A DNA stretch of 59,794 nucleotides from Octopus sinensis (lineage: Eukaryota), in contig NW_021833849.1 in NCBI RefSeq assembly GCF_006345805.1, positions 1 to 59,794 of the forward strand, read 5' to 3'. Shown here piece after piece: positions 37,957 to 53,300 of the stretch. The translations under genes were made by a program, and so were the position numbers. Position 1 is the stretch's first letter. Each line of letters starts with the position of its first letter. The notes below the pieces were generated by a model. The model did no database searches. It worked only from the letters and a program-made list of their open reading frames with translations, and was not told where the DNA came from.

Positions 37957-39267
37957 TGAAACAAATCGCTTGCCGTGAATTACCGTCCAATCTCACTCAC
38001 CTCTCATATCATTAAGGTATTTGAGAGAGTGCTGAGATCGCGTATGACTCACTTCCTTCAGAGTCATGATATGCTGAACTCCAACCAGCATGGATTCCGT
38101 AATGGAAGAGATTGCCTGACGCAGCTACTGCATCATTTTGATGATATTTTGAGAGCCTTGGGAGAGGGCTCCACACTGATGTCATCTTCCTTGATTTCAG
38201 CAAGGCCTTTGATAGGGTTGATCATAAGATCCTTTTGAGAAAGCTGTCCAATATTGGTGTCACTGGAAAGCTGCTGCAGTGGATCAAGGGCTTCCTGTCT
38301 AACAGAACCCAACATGTTGTAGTCGAAGGAGTCAAATCCAGCCCAGCCAAAGTCAGCAGTGGTGTCCCACACGGCACTGTGTTGGACCCACTTCTCTTCA
38401 TCATCTACATAAATGATATTACTGACACCATGAAACACAATAACATCAGAACTTTCGCTGATGATTCCAAGCTCCAGAAGAAATTCTCATGGCGTCTAAC
38501 AACATCAGAGACTTGGGAGTAACAGTGGACAACAACATAAGCTGGGCTACACATATAAGCAGCAAAGTTGATATGGCCCGCAGAATGTGTTCCTGGATTC
38601 TCAGAACCTTCCAGTCGAGAGATTCCCACACCATTATCCTTCTCTTCTCCACTTTTGCCCGACCCCACCTTGAATACTGCTGTTCACTGTGGTCTCCCTA
38701 CACAAAACAAAATATTAAAGAATTGAAGCTCCCCAAAGGTCAATCAGGAAAAAGATAGATGGCATGTCAGACCTTGACTACTGGGGTAGACTAAAGAAAC
38801 AGAAACTGTTTTCACTCCAACGACGCCGTGAACGCTAAATTATCTGTATGATGTGGAAAATATTCCATCAGCACTAGCACTGTCCGAATGATGTTGGCAT
38901 CACCTTCAAAATACATCCAAGGCTTGGACCACGTGCCATCCGTCCACAACAAAAATCTAAATCGCATCTCATAACAACAATACGGCACAATCATTTCATC
39001 TCAATTGGACCCACTCTCTTCAACATTACACCAGGACACGTCAAAACAGAAACTGACCACACAAAATTCAAGAAGTCTTCGGACAAATTCCTTCAAACAG
39101 TCCCGGACAAACCACCCACACCCGGATATGTCTCCGCAAACAATAACTGTCTGCTCGAATGGGCCTTGGTGCCCAAATCCTGAATTGAAAGACTTCGCCA
39201 GGTGGTGCTATAAAGTTAGACATGGCCTGGGCCAATACTGGCCAAAACCTTTCTAAGTTATTCTAAG

Positions 39268-39270
<3 letters not shown>
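37957..39270 (+). mobile_element. 5'-truncated CR1-group LINE, unit 1 (163 bp internal deletion, 1 bp frameshift)
   Basis: [20 protein letters not shown]; junction ctccagaag|aaattctc; 3' tail ttctaagtta x2. Confidence 0.92.
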
Positions 39271-39312
<42 letters not shown>

Positions 39313-39433
39313 CTATATATACACATGTATGTATATATGTATGTATATATGTATGTATATATGTGTGTATGTATATACCTATATATATCTATATATATAT
39401 GCATGCATATAACTATGTATATATATGTATATA

Positions 39434-39494
<61 letters not shown>

Positions 39495-39497
<3 letters not shown>

Positions 39498-39578
39498 TAA
39501 ACAATATTCTTGAAAAAAAATTTCTCCTTCTCATACATACTCATACATACGCTTATACTCATACATACAAATATATAT

Positions 39579-39610
<32 letters not shown>

Positions 39611-39958
39611 AGGCATACATACATGTATATATACATAAATATATACATGTATGTATGTATGTATATATATATATATATTGTTATATGCATGTATATATAT
39701 ATAGATATATATATACATACATACATATATACATAAATACATATATACATACATATATACATACATGTGTATATATATATATATACATGTGTATATATAT
39801 ATATATATATATATGCATACATACATGTATATATACATAAATATATACATGTATGTATGTATATATATATATTGTTATATGCATGTATATATATATAGAT
39901 ATATATATACATACATACATATATACATAAATACATATATACATACATATATACATAC

Positions 39959-40002
<44 letters not shown>

Positions 40003-40086
40003 ATATATATTTGTATGTATGAGTATAAGCGTATGTATGAGTATGTATGAGAAGGAGCAATTTTTTTTCAAGAATATTGTTTACTT
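39495..40086. repeat. Local fold-back inverted repeat around a rearranged TA/TACA block
   Basis: 39495-~39600 is the reverse complement of ~39985-40086 with one mismatch. Confidence 0.9.
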
Positions 40087-40834
40087 TAATATTTGTGTCT
40101 TTGTGAAATAGATGTTGGTTGGATTATGTTCTTCATTATCTTTGTATTAATGGCGGGGGAGAAGGATGGCGTTCCAGTGTCTTTTGTTTATTTGAACTCA
40201 TAAAATTATGTGTAATTAAAATTACTTCATCAGTAAATGAAGGATTTAAAAATATCCTTCCTTCCCCCCATCCGCATCCACTCTAATACTCCAATATAAA
40301 TATGTTTAATAGGTAATTCCAGCCTGAAGAAGAATTCAACTATATATAATGATGATAAGTCATTAAAGGCATCATTATGAAAACATATTCAAAATTTGGT
40401 TATTAATAACCAAATAGTAGAAACCGATTGACAAGATGAGACATTTCAAATAGATCTTTTATAATGAACTGCTGTCAAATGTAAATAAAGGAAATGTTAA
40501 CACAGGAGATAATGACTGCGAACGATCTGCTAATTAAAGTGCAATTAGCAACATGGGTGATGGTTTAATTAGCAACACTCACTGGTAAAGAAAAACAGGG
40601 ATTTCCTCCCCTTGCCTTTCAACTCCATCCAAGCATGTTCCATGCATTAAATACCTGCCAGTTGTTACTTGGGGATTCGACACGATTGTTAGCGGATTGC
40701 TTAGAATGTATTGAAGTAGTCATTCTGGCATTCTGTGCCCTGAGTTCAAATCCCATCAACGTCAACTTTGCTTTTTCATTCTTTCAATACAACATCAGGT
40801 ACTGAAAGGAATACATCATTATATTTTGCACTCT

Positions 40835-40882
<48 letters not shown>

Positions 40883-41578
40883 TTCCTTGAAAGATTTCCA
40901 CTGTGGTTTGACAGAGAGAGGGGTTAGCTACATCATGTTTAAAATACCCAAATATGAGTGTGAGGAAGGCGTCCTTATGATTCTGACAACATATGATGAC
41001 TGAAGACAGGGAATGGATATGAATAGACCCCCTCATCAATAGATATACCCAATACTCAATCCTATTGAACAACCACAGTTATCTGTGGTAGTAGTAAGTA
41101 CATCAGATAAAAATGCTATCTGATGCGTCTACTGAAAATCTAAGCAGGGTCCTGTCAAACTGTTCCTGTCTATTTATTTGCACAAGCTAATAATGAACCA
41201 ATGAGAGATCGTGTATGTGGTGGTTAGGTCTGTTAGATGTAGCAGCCACATCTTCCTCGTATCTTAAAACAAGGACATGTGAACTCACATGGTTATATGG
41301 TCATTGCAAATAGGAAAAAGACAGGATGGTCACAGCTAGAATGCTTTTGATCTGAGGCCTGCACAGTCAGGGTTGACCAAGGGCTAAGCAATAAATTTGT
41401 TCACAAGGGATGTATGTATGTTTATCCCTCCAACACCGATTGACAACCGGTGCTATTGTGTTCATGTCCCCCGTAACTTAGCGTTTCGTCAAAAAGAGAA
41501 AGATAGATTAAATACTAGGCCCACAAAGAATAAGTCCTGGTTTCGATTTTCTCGAATAAAGGCGCTGCTGCGGCATGG

Positions 41579-41633
<55 letters not shown>

Positions 41634-42129
41634 GCCGATAGTTTAAATACTAGGCCTACAAAGTATAAGTCCTGGGGTCGATTTGCACGAATAAAGGCAT
41701 TGCTCCACCATGGCCGCAGTCAAATGATTGAAAAATTAAGTGTGTAAAATAGAAAATAACCAGAAAAGTTTATATTCTCTTAACTACATCAGTAAGGGAG
41801 ATAACTAAAAATCAACTTTTAGAGTTACTTTCCTTGACATATTAATAAAACACATGACAGTTTAAGATGTAGGCGCGTTTATATTTCCCATGCGAAGGGC
41901 ACGCTTGCATTCGCGCAGGAAGATACAAACATACACATGCAAATTTTCTGCTGTTAACTTTAACAAATAAACATTATAATTTACATTTAATTACACCCGA
42001 AAACTATGTAAAGTACTCACCATATCTAGTACTACCCTTTGGACATGATCAGGTTTTCTTTTGTTTTAGATAGTATATATGCGTATGTGGGTATATACAC
42101 GTGTATATGTATGAATGCATGCATTTATG

Positions 42130-42216
<87 letters not shown>

Positions 42217-42224
42217 ATATATGT

Positions 42225-43702
42225 ATGAAACAAATCGCTTGCCGTGAATTACCGTCCAATCTCACTCACCTCTCATATCATTAAGGTATTTGAGAGAGTG
42301 CTGAGATCGCGTATGACTCACTTCCTTCAGAGTCATGATATGCTGAACTCCAACCAGCATGGATTCCGTAATGGAAGAGATTGCCTGACGCAGCTACTGC
42401 ATCATTTTGATGATATTTTGAGAGCCTTGGGAGAGGGCTCCAACACTGATGTCATCTTCCTTGATTTCAGCAAGGCCTTTGACAGGGTTGATCATAAGAT
42501 CCTTTTGAGAAAGCTGTCCAATATTGGTGTCACTGGAAAGCTGCTGCAGTGGATCAAGGGCTTCCTGTCTAACAGAACCCAACATGTTGTAGTCGAAGGA
42601 GTCAAATCCAGCCCAGCCAAAGTCAGCAGTGGTGTCCCACACGGCACTGTGTTGGACCCACTTCTCTTCATCATCTACATAAATGATATTACTGACACCA
42701 TGAAACACAATAACATCAGAACTTTCGCTGATGATTCCAAGCTCCAGAAGGTCATCAATGGCGTGGATGACCGAATAAGCCTTCAGTCAGACCTACTGGC
42801 TGTTCTCCAATGGTCGGAAAAGAATAACATGTTACTAAACGAAGACAAATTCGAACTGATCCACTTTGGAAGGGAGGACGCTCTAAAACTCCCATACTCC
42901 CTTCCTTCTGGAGAAATTCTCATGGCGTCTAACAACATCAGAGACTTGGGAGTAACAGTGGACAACAACATAAGCTGGGCTACACATATAAGCAGCAAAG
43001 TTGATATGGCCCGCAGAATGTGTTCCTGGATTCTCAGAACCTTCCAGTCGAGAGATTCCCACACCATTATCCTTCTCTTCTCCACTTTTGCCCGACCCCA
43101 CCTTGAATACTGCTGTTCACTGTGGTCTCCCTACACAAAACAAAATATTATGAGAATTGAAGCTCCCCAAAGGTCAATCAGGAAAAAGATAGATGGCATG
43201 TCAGACCTTGACTACTGGGGTAGACTAAAGAAACTGAAACTGTTTTCACTCCAACGACGCCGTGAACGCTAAATTATCTGTATGATGTGGAAAATATTCC
43301 ATCAGCACTAGCACTGTCCGAATGATGTTGGCATCACCTTCAAAATACATCCAAGGCTTGGACCACGTGCCATCCGTCCACAACAAAAATCTAAATCGCA
43401 TCTCATAACAACAATACGGCACAATCATTTCATCTCAATTGGAACCGCTCTCTTCAACATTACACCAGGACACGTCAAAACAGAAACTGACCACACAAAA
43501 TTCAAGAAGTCTTTGGACAAATTCCTTCAAACAGTCCCGGACAAACCACCCACACCCGGATATGTCTCCGCAAACAATAACTGTCTGCTCGAATGGGCCT
43601 TGGTGCCCAAATCCTGAATTGAAAGACTTCGCCAGGTGGTGCTATTAAGTTAGACATGGCCTGGGCCAATACTGGCCAAAACCTTTCTAAGTTATTCTAA
43701 GT

Positions 43703-43704
<2 letters not shown>
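42225..43704 (+). mobile_element. 5'-truncated CR1-group LINE, unit 2 (342 aa open RT core at 42244-43272)
   Basis: DVIFLDFSKAFDRVDH, GVPHGTVLDPLLF (mutated from GVPQG.VLGP), FADDSKL, RDLGV, RPHLEYC; stops at 43270 and cactag. Confidence 0.95.
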
Positions 43705-43750
<46 letters not shown>

Positions 43751-43873
43751 ATAATATATATATATATAATATATATATATATATATGTGTGTATATATGT
43801 ATCTATATATATCTATATATATGCATGCATATAACTATGTATATATGTATGTATATATATATGTATATATATA

Positions 43874-43923
<50 letters not shown>

Positions 43924-44068
43924 GTATGTATATATGTATGTATATATGTATTTATGTATATATGTATGTATGTATATATATATATCTATATATATATACA
44001 TGCATATAACTATATATATATATATACATACATACATGTATATATTTATATATATATACATGTATGTA

Positions 44069-44111
<43 letters not shown>

Positions 44112-45729
44112 ATATATATTTGTATGTATGAGTATAAGCGTATGTATGAGTATGTATGAGAAGGAGCAATTTTTTTTCAAGAATATTGTTTACTTTAATA
44201 TTTGTGTCTTTGTGAAATAGATGTTGGTTGGATTATGTTCTTCATTATCTTTGTATTAATGGCGGGGGAGAAGGATGGCGTTCCAGTGTCTTTTGTTTAT
44301 TTGAACTCATAAAATTATGTGTAATTAAAATTACTTCATCAGTAAATGAAGGATTTAAAAATATCCTTCCTTCCCCCCATCCGCATCCACTCTAATACTC
44401 CAATATAAATATGTTTAATAGGTAATTCCAGCCTGAAGAATTCAACGTTATATAATAATGATAAGTCATTAAAGGCATCATTATGAAAACATATTCAAAA
44501 TTTGGTTATTAATAACCAAATAGTAGAAACCGATTGACAAGATGAGACATTTCAAATAGATCTTTTATAATGAACTGCTGTCAAATGTAAATAAAGGAAA
44601 TGTTAACACAGGAGATAATGACTGCGAACGATCTGCTAATTAAAGTGCAATTAGCAATATGGGTGATGGTTTAATTAGCAACACTCACTGGTAAAGAAAA
44701 ACAGGGATTTCCTCCCCTTGCCTTTCAACTCCATCCAAGCATGTTCCATGCATTAAATACCTGCCAGTTGTTACTTGGGGATTCGACACGATTGTTAGCG
44801 GATTGCTTAGAATGTATTGAAGTAGTCATTCTGGCATTCTGTGCCCTGAGTTCAAATCCCATCAACGTCAACTTTGCTTTTTCATTCTTTCAATACAACA
44901 TCAGGTACTGAAAGGAATACATCATTATATTTTGCACTCTCTCATTCTCTCCCTCTTTCTCTCTCTCTCTCCCACCCTCTCTCTCTCTCACTCTCTTTCT
45001 CTCTCTCTCCCTCTCTCTCTCTTTCTCTCTTTTTCTTTGAAAGATTTCCACTGTGGTTTGACAGAGAGAGGGGTTTGCTACATCATGTTTAAAATACCCA
45101 AATATGAGTGTGAGGAAGGCGTCCTTATGATTCTGACAACATATGATGACTGAAGACAGGGAATGGATATGAATAGACCCCCTCATCAATAGGTATACCC
45201 AATACTCAATCCTATTGAACAACCACAGTTATCTGTGGTAGTAGTAAGTACATCAGATAAAAATGCTATCTGATGCGTCTACTGAAAATCTAAGCAGGGT
45301 CCTGTCAAACTGTTCCTGTCTATTTATTTGCACAAGCTAATAATGAACCAATGAGAGATCGTGTATGTGGTGGTTCGGTCTGTTAGATGTAGCAGCCACA
45401 TCTGCCTCGTATCTTAAAACAAGGACATGTGAACTCACATGGTTATATGGTCATTGCAAATAGGAAAAAGACAGGATGGTCACAGCTAGAATGCTTTTGA
45501 TCTGAGGCCTGCACAGTCAGGGTTGACCAAGGGCTAAGCAATAAATTTGTTCACAAGGGATGTATGTATGTTTATCCCTCCAACACCGATTGACAACCGG
45601 TGTTATTGTGTTCATGTCCCCCGTAACTTAGCGTTTCGTCAAAAAGAGAAAGATAGATTAAATACTAGGCCCACAAAGAATAAGTCCTGGTTTCGATTTT
45701 CTCGAATAAAGGCGCTGCTGCGGCATGGA

Positions 45730-45795
<66 letters not shown>

Positions 45796-46316
45796 GCCGA
45801 TAGTTTAAATACTAGGCCTACAAAGTATAAGTCCTGGGGTCGATTTGCACGAATAAAGGCATTGCTCCACCATGGCCGCAGTCAAATGATTGAAAAATTA
45901 AGTGTGTAAAATAGAAAATAACCAGAAAAGTTTATATTCTCTTAACTACATCAGTAAGGGAGATAACTAAAAATCAACTTTTAGAGTTACTTTCCTTGAC
46001 ATATTAATAAAACACATGACAGTTTAAGATGTAGGCGCGTTTATATTTCCCATGCGAAGGGCACGCTTGCATTCGCGCAGGAAGATACAAACATACAAAT
46101 GCAAATTTTCTGCTGTTAACTTTAACAAATAAACATTATAATTTACATTTAATTACACCCGAAAACTATGTAAAGTACTCACCATATCTAGTACTACCCT
46201 TTGGACATGATCAGGTTTTCTTTTGTTTTAGATAGTATATATGCGTATGTGGGTATATACACGTGTATATGTATGAATGCATGCATTTATGTATATAAAT
46301 ATATATATAATATATA

Positions 46317-46402
<86 letters not shown>

Positions 46403-46410
46403 ATATATGT

Positions 46411-47888
46411 ATGAAACAAATCGCTTGCCGTGAATTACCGTCCAATCTCACTCACCTCTCATATCATTAAGGTATTTGAGAGAGTGCTGAGATCGCGTAT
46501 GACTCACTTCCTTCAGAGTCATGATATGCTGAACTCCAACCAGCATGGATTCCGTAATGGAAGAGATTGCCTGACGCAGCTACTGCATCATTTTGATGAT
46601 ATTTTGAGAGCCTTGGGAGAGGGCTCCAACACTGATGTCATCTTCCTTGATTTCAGCAAGGCCTTTGACAGGGTTGATCATAAGATCCTTTTGAGAAAGC
46701 TGTCCAATATTGGTGTCACTGGAAAGCTGCTGCAGTGGATCAAGGGCTTCCTGTCTAACAGAACCCAACATGTTGTAGTCGAAGGAGTCAAATCCAGCCC
46801 AGCCAAAGTCAGCAGTGGTGTCCCACACGGCACTGTGTTGGACCCACTTCTCTTCATCATCTACATAAATGATATTACTGACACCATGAAACACAATAAC
46901 ATGAGAAATGTCGCTGATGATTCCAAGCTCCAGAAGGTCATCAATGGCGTGGATGACCGAATAAGCCTTCAGTCAGACCTACTGGCTGTTCTCCAATGGG
47001 CGGAAAAGAATAACATGTTACTAAACGAAGACAAATTCGAACTGATCCACTTTGGAAGGGAGGACGCTCTGAAACTCCCATGCTCCCTTCCTTCTGGAGA
47101 AATTCTCATGGCATCTAACAACATCAGAGACTTGGGAGTAACAGTGGACAACAACATAAGCTGGGCTACACATATAAGCAGCAAAGTTGATATGGCCCGC
47201 AGAATGTGTTCCTGGATTCTCAGAACCTTCCAGTCGAGAGATTCCCACACCATTATCCTTCTCTTCTCCACTTTTGCCCGACCCCACCTTGAATACTGCT
47301 GTTCACTGTGGTCTCCCTACACAAAACAAAATATTATGAGAATTGAAGCTCCCCAACGGTCAATCACAAAAAAGATAGATGGCATGTCAGACCTTGACTA
47401 CTAGGGTAGACTAGTGAAACTGAAACTGTTTTCACTCCAACGACGCCGTGAACGCTACATTTACTGTATGATGTGGAAAATATTCCATCAGCACTAGCAT
47501 TGTCCGAATGATGTTGGCATCACCTTCAAAATACATCCAAGGCTTGGACCACGTGCCATCCGTCCACAACAAAAATCTAAATCGCATCTCATAACAACAA
47601 TACGGCACAATCATTTCATCTCAATTGGAACCGCTCTCTTCAACATTACACCAGGACACGTCAAAACAGAAACTGACCACACAAAGTTCAAGAAGTCTTT
47701 GGACAAATTCCTTCAAACAGTCCCGGACAAACCATCCACACCAAGATATGTCTCCGCAAACAATAACTGTCTGCTCGAATGGGCCTTGGTGCCCAAATCC
47801 TGAATTGAAAGACTTCGCCAGGTGGTGCTATTAAGTTAGACATGGCCTGGGCCAATACTGGCCAAAACCTTTCTAAGTTATTCTAAGT

Positions 47889-47890
<2 letters not shown>
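46411..47890 (+). mobile_element. 5'-truncated CR1-group LINE, unit 3
   Basis: Same motifs; VADD variant; TGG>TAG at 47402-47404. Confidence 0.95.
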
Positions 47891-47933
<43 letters not shown>

Positions 47934-48041
47934 CATGTATGTATATATGTATGTATATATGTGTGTATATATGTATCTATATATATCTATATATATGCAT
48001 GCATATAACTATGTATATATGTATGTATATATATATGTATA

Positions 48042-48091
<50 letters not shown>

Positions 48092-48238
48092 GTATTATAT
48101 ATGTATGTATATATGTATATTTATGTATATATGTATGTATGTATATATATATATCTATATATATATACATGCATATAACTATATATATATATACATACAT
48201 ACATGTATATATTTATATATATATACATGTATGTATGC

Positions 48239-48277
<39 letters not shown>

Positions 48278-49160
48278 CATGTAATATATATTGTATGTAT
48301 GAGTATAAGCGTATGTATGAGTATGTATGAGAAGGAGCAATTTTTTTTCAAGAATATTGTTTACTTTAATATTTGTGTCTTTGTGAAATAGATGTTGGTT
48401 GGATTATGTTCTTCATTATCTTTGTATTAATGGCGGGGGAGAAGGATGGCGTTCCAGTGTCTTTTGTTTATTTGAACTCATAAAATTATGTGTAATTAAA
48501 ATTACTTCATCAGTAAATGAAGGATTTAAAAATATCTTCCTTCCCCCCATCCGCATCCACTCTAATACTCCAATATAAATATGTTTAATAGGTAATTCCA
48601 GCCTGAAGAATTCAACGTTATATAATAATGATAAGTCATTAAAGGCATCATTATGAAAACATATTCAAAATTTGGTTATTAATAACCAAATAGTAGAAAC
48701 CGATTGACAAGATGAGACATTTCAAATAGATCTTTTATAATGAACTGCTGTCAAATGTAAATAAAGGAAATGTTAACACAGGAGATAATGACTGCGAACG
48801 ATCTGCTAATTAAAGTGCAATTAGCAACATGGGTGATGGTTTAATTAGCAACACTCACTGGTAAAGAAAACAGGGATTTCCTCCCCTTGCCTTTCAACTC
48901 CATCCAAGCATGTTCCATGCATTAAATACCTGCCAGTTGTTACTTGGGGATTCGACACGATTGTTAGCGGATTGCTTAGAATGTATTGAAGTAGTCATTC
49001 TGGCATTCTGTGCCCTGAGTTCAAATCCCATCAACGTCAACTTTGCTTTTTCATTCTTTCAATACAACATCAGGTACTGAAAGGAATACATCATTATATT
49101 TTGCACTCTCTCATTCTCTCCCTCTTTCTCTCTCTCTCTCCCACCCTCTCTCTCTCTCAC

Positions 49161-49192
<32 letters not shown>

Positions 49193-50216
49193 TTTTCTTT
49201 GAAAGATTTCCACTGTGGTTTAACAGAGAGAGGGGTTAGCTACATCATGTTTAAAATACCCAAATATGAGTGTGAGGAAGGCGTCCTTATGATTCTGACA
49301 ACATATGATGACTGAAGACAGGGAATGGATATGAATAGACCCCCTCATCAATAGATATACCCAATACTCAATCCTATTGAACAACCACAGTTATCTGTGG
49401 TAGTAGTAAGTACATCAGATAAAAATGCTATCTGCTGAGTCTACTGAAAATCTAAGCAGGGTCCTGTCAAACTGTTCCTGTCTATTTATTTGCACAAGCT
49501 AATAATGAACCAATGAGAGATCGTGTATGTGGTGGTTCGGTCTGTTAGATGTAGCAGCCACATCTGCCTCGTATCTTAAAACAAGGACATGTGAACTCAC
49601 ATGGTTATATGGTCACTGCAAATAGGAAAAAGACAGGATGGTCACAGCTAGAATGCTTTTGATCTGAGGCCTGCACAGTCAGGGTTGACCAAGGGCTAAA
49701 CAGCACATTTTATTATTAGTATTGTTGTTGTTATTGTTGTTAAGGTGACGGAAATGTGAGCACATCAGGCAAAACGCTTAGTTGCATTTCTTCTGACTTT
49801 ACATTCCAAATTCTGATTACCATGAAGCTGACTTTGCCTTTCATCCTGTTAGGTTCAGTAAAATAGGTACCAGTTGAGTACTGGGGTTGATTAATGGACT
49901 ATATATTCCACTTTACCAAAATTGATGGCACAAGTGCCAACGATTTGAGATTATTTTTATCTTCATCATCATCATCATCATTATCATTATGGCGGCAAGT
50001 TGGCAGAAACATTAGCACATTGGACAAAATGCATAGCAGCATTTTATTCACCTTTATGTTCTGAGTTCAAATTCCACCAAGGTAGACTTTGACTTTCATC
50101 CTTTCAGGGTCAATAAATTAACTATCAGTGAAACACTGGGGTCATTGTAATTGACTAATCATCCTTCGCCAAATTTCAGGCCTTCTGCCTTTAGTAGAAG
50201 TTATCATTATTATTAC

Positions 50217-50271
<55 letters not shown>

Positions 50272-50316
50272 TATTATTATTACTACTATTAATTATTATT
50301 ATTATTATTATCATCA

Positions 50317-50348
<32 letters not shown>

Positions 50349-50349
<1 letters not shown>

Positions 50350-53300
50350 TATGTTTGACTTTTGCTTTATATTTGTACAAGTTGGCTCCAAGTCTCACCC
50401 AGAGACCTCAAGAGACAACAGGGTTGGAAGTTCATGTTGTTGTTATGCCTAGTGTGCCATATATTTGGGGGGTGGGGATGTTGTTGTACTAATGAATGTC
50501 TAAAAAAAAAGTTTTTTTTTTTTTTTTTTTTAAACCGAAAATTATGTTTGTTTTAAACCTTGAGATTACATAGAGAGTATTTTGCGTAGGATATGAGCAG
50601 TTCCCATGAGCACTATCTTTTGAACTTCTGCCATTTTTGGGTTTCCTGGTATCTGAGTTAGGTAGCTATCAGCCCCTTTTGCTATCATTCCCAGGGCACC
50701 TATGACAACAGGTATTGTTTTAGTCTTCAGCTCCACATTTTGCTGATTTCTATTTCAAGATCTTTATATTTGCTCAGTTTTTGGTAGGTCTTGACAGATA
50801 CGTTTATATCGATTGGGACAGTCATATCAATGAGGAGGCATGTTCTTTGTTTGAAGTTTTTCAATATGATGTCTGGCCTATTTGCATCTATCTTCCTGTC
50901 AGTTTGAATGGTGAAGTTCCAGAGGAGTGAGATGTGGTCATTTTCAAGCACTGGGGGTGGTTTGTGTTCCCACCAGTTTTTTTCATGGGGCAAATCCAGG
51001 TTTTTACAGATTACCCAGTGAATATATTGTGCAGCTCTATCGTGCCTGTTGAGATACTCTGTAGGCGCTAGAAGACTGCACTTGGAGACCACATGGTCAA
51101 TGGTTTCATTTTGTTGCTTGCATACACGACACGTTGGACTGCTTCTGATCTTTAATATGTTGGCCTGGTAGTTTCTTGTTGGGAGGCATTGATCTTGAGC
51201 TGCTATGATAAACCCCTCCTGTTTCAGATTTTAAGCCAGAGGCCATTAGCCATTGATGGGTCAGGGCTTTGTCGATATCTGCATTATTCGCTCTCTTTGG
51301 GTATTTGCCATAGAGAGGTTTTTCTTGCCATTTATTATTCAGAATATCTAAGGCCGCAGTTTTGGCACGGGTTTTCATGCGCCTAGCTTTTTTGTGCTTG
51401 TTTTTGTATATCTATCTCTAATTCCGAAATTGGTTGTATTCGGAATTCACTTAGATATTCCTTTGCCTGTTTTGTGACTGAGTATGATGCTTTCTTGTTT
51501 TCATGTTTTGAGACAAGTTTTAGCATCCAGTCCTCAGAGTTTTTCAGGTAGGTGTCTAGGCCAATTGTAGCAATCTTCATTGTTATTGCCAGTTGCAAAA
51601 GACCACGGCCTCCCTCTTTTCTTGGCAGATAGAGTCGTTCTGTATCTGCCTTAGGGTGGTGCATTCTATGCATTGTCAACAGTTTCCTTATTTTTCTGTC
51701 GAGCTGACATATTTCAGTAATTGACCAGTTACAATATTGAAACTGTAAGTCACGACTGTATAGCTAATGCATTGATTGCTTCGATCCTGTTTCTTGCATT
51801 CAGCTCTGTCTTGAGTATTGCTCTCACTCTTCGATAGCATTCTCTCCTGATCCTTTCCTTCATCTCTGAATGCCTTATTCCGTTCCCTTCAATTATCCCT
51901 AGGTACTTGTAGCTCTCCGCTGGGTCTAGTTCTTTTATGACATTCTGTTGGTCAAGGTTAACGTTAGATGTTTCTGTCATTTTTCCTTTGATAAAGGTAG
52001 CCTTTGCACATTTATCGAGGCCGAATTGCATTCTGATGTCGTCACTGAATTGTTTGACTATCGCTAGTAAGCCCTTGAGTTGTTGATCATTTTTTGCAAA
52101 AAGCTTTAAATCATCCATGTAAACGAGATGATTTATATTTTTATCAAACATTTTATACCCGTACTGCGCGTCATTGAGCAGCTTTGAGAGAGGTATTAAG
52201 GATAAACAAAAGAGGAGTGGTGACAGTGAGTCACCCTGGAAAATGCCACACGAAATTTTTACATCACCAGCATTTAGGGATTCACTGTCACTGTTCAGAG
52301 TTAGTGTGGTTCTCCATGATCTCATACTTACAGTCAAGAAGTTTCGCAGAGTTGGTGCTATCTTATACATTTCAAGGCATTTCCTAATCCAGCTATGTGG
52401 TAGGCTATCAAAAGCCTTTTTATAGTCTATCCAGGCTATTGATAAGTTTTTGTGTCGTTTGTGACAATCTTCTAAGATCATCTTATTGATGAGTAGTTGG
52501 TCTTTACAGCCGTAGGATCCACGTTTACATCCTTTCTGTTCATTAGGGAATATGCTGCTGTCTGTTAAAAAACTATAGGTATATTCCGTCAGGACAGATG
52601 TTAGTGTTTTGTACATAGTTGTTAAGCAGGTTATGGGTCTATAGTTTTTTGGTTCATTTGTTTCTTCACTTTTTGGAAGCAGGAATGTTAACCATTAACT
52701 AGCCAAGGAGGCATCCTACTAGGGTGTTGCAAAACATCATTGTACAGTTCTGTTAGCAGTTCATGGCTCTCTGGGAAGGCATTCAGCCAGAAGTTAGGAA
52801 TTTTATCCTTTCCTGGAGACTTCCATTTGCTTGACCTCCTGAGAGCAGATCTTATATCTTCTACCTTGACACCCTCCCACTTTTGCTCTTCTAAGGGGTC
52901 CATTTCTGTAGATATTCTGTCAATCCAGGGGGCCTTTTCGTTGGTGTTTTTTCTTCTGCCCAGATTTTATTCCAAAATCTCTGCACTTCTTCTTTTGATG
53001 GTACAGACCCTGCAGTAAACGCTTTTTTCCTATCTTCCTGTAAAAATTCTTGGTGTTATTTTTGAACATGTTGTTGTCCTTGAAAAATCTAACACGCTTT
53101 TCATACCTCGCTATGCGGGCAGCTTTGGCAGATACCTTTTGTTTGATGGTTTCTATGGTGGCATCAATATCAAGTATAGTTTTCATATTGTATTTTTTCA
53201 GTAATTTTTGGGTTTTTGTAGGTTTGGTAATCTTGTGAGCCTTAAGGTTTTTCAAATATTCAATGTCAGATCTAAATATTTTAATTTGTTGTTGCAGACG

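Larger units (their letters stand above)
37956..49697. repeat. Tandem triplication with ~4.2 kb period: A-F-A-F-A
   Basis: A (CR1 fragment, TA block, inverted copy of 32030-34560) starts at 37956, 42225 and 46411; filler F at 41389-42224 and 45539-46410. Confidence 0.95.

Noticed and set aside
39325-40071. Many YI/YM-repeat ORFs (also 202-695, 16884-17279, 43785-44220, 47935-48330)
   Set aside because: Translations of (TA)n and (TACA)n repeats
42244-43272. Functional reverse transcriptase gene (342 aa ORF)
   Set aside because: 5'-truncated with no endonuclease or true start; conserved QG..LGP is mutated to HG..LDP in all three units; downstream stops
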